From an uncultured virus (IMG/VR IMGVR_UViG_3300028552_000008) (Duplodnaviria; Heunggongvirae; Uroviricota; Caudoviricetes), in the IMG/VR virus record IMGVR_UViG_3300028552_000008: a DNA stretch of 64,000 bases; one strand, written 5' to 3'. This document shows, piece after piece, positions 63,925-64,000 of the stretch (positions are counted from its first letter, which is position 1; each line of letters opens with the position of its first letter). Below the pieces are notes generated by a model. That model was not told where the DNA came from, ran no database searches, and saw only the letters and a list, made by a program, of their open reading frames with translations. The translations under genes and the position numbers were made by a program.

Positions 63925-64000
63925 ATGACAATAACAAAAAGAGCTGATAGATGGTATGACGAACGAGGTAATAGTTGGTTATCAGAAGAATTAGCTACTT
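63925..64000 (+). CDS. twelfth (Cxx)n family copy, truncated by the window end
   Basis: MTITKRADRWYDERGNSWLSEELAT head. Confidence 0.8.
   Translation, partial: MTITKRADRWYDERGNSWLSEELAT

Noticed and set aside
1..64000. Stop-codon reassignment or suppressor tRNA
   Set aside because: Core genes are full length in the standard code, and TGA, TAA and TAG all terminate tagged genes at the same motif position. The loop at 45856-45862 (TTTCTAA) reads TCT, not CTA.

Overview
This AT-rich, gene-dense, almost entirely plus-strand window looks like part of a large (jumbo-type) dsDNA bacteriophage genome. All family calls come from motifs read by eye; no database search was run. The left and middle parts hold a large terminase, a Ycf46-like AAA+ ATPase / DUF3150 / DUF1257 / DUF2997-like module (the ATPase is split by a 306-nt group I intron in its Walker A codons) and a replication/recombination set. 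That set includes SbcCD-like proteins, an SF2 helicase, a primase, an intein-containing DnaB-like helicase, a UDG-like/PolA fusion, an SSB, RecA, a RuvC-like resolvase and an HhH glycosylase. A putative ubiquitin-like operon (Ubl-GG, JAB, E1) lies at 28.0-32.1 kb. The right part (38.7-64 kb) is an accessory region with about 21 tRNA or tRNA-like genes, two candidate structured ncRNAs, homing-type endonucleases, a DNA ligase and many small genes. The most striking observation is that 26 ORFs from several unrelated families end in the same C-terminal peptide, R-x-[LI]-[DE]-x-[DEY]-L-stop. They comprise 11 (Cxx)n cysteine-repeat paralogs, 8 KOW/SH3-like proteins and 7 others. The peptide is encoded with varied synonymous codons, and variants end the AAA+ ATPase and the DUF3150-like protein. 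This suggests an undescribed phage protein-tagging or docking system. Other candidates are a uORF/antiterminator/terminator attenuator in front of the tRNA region and a tRNA with a ~70-nt D-loop insertion.
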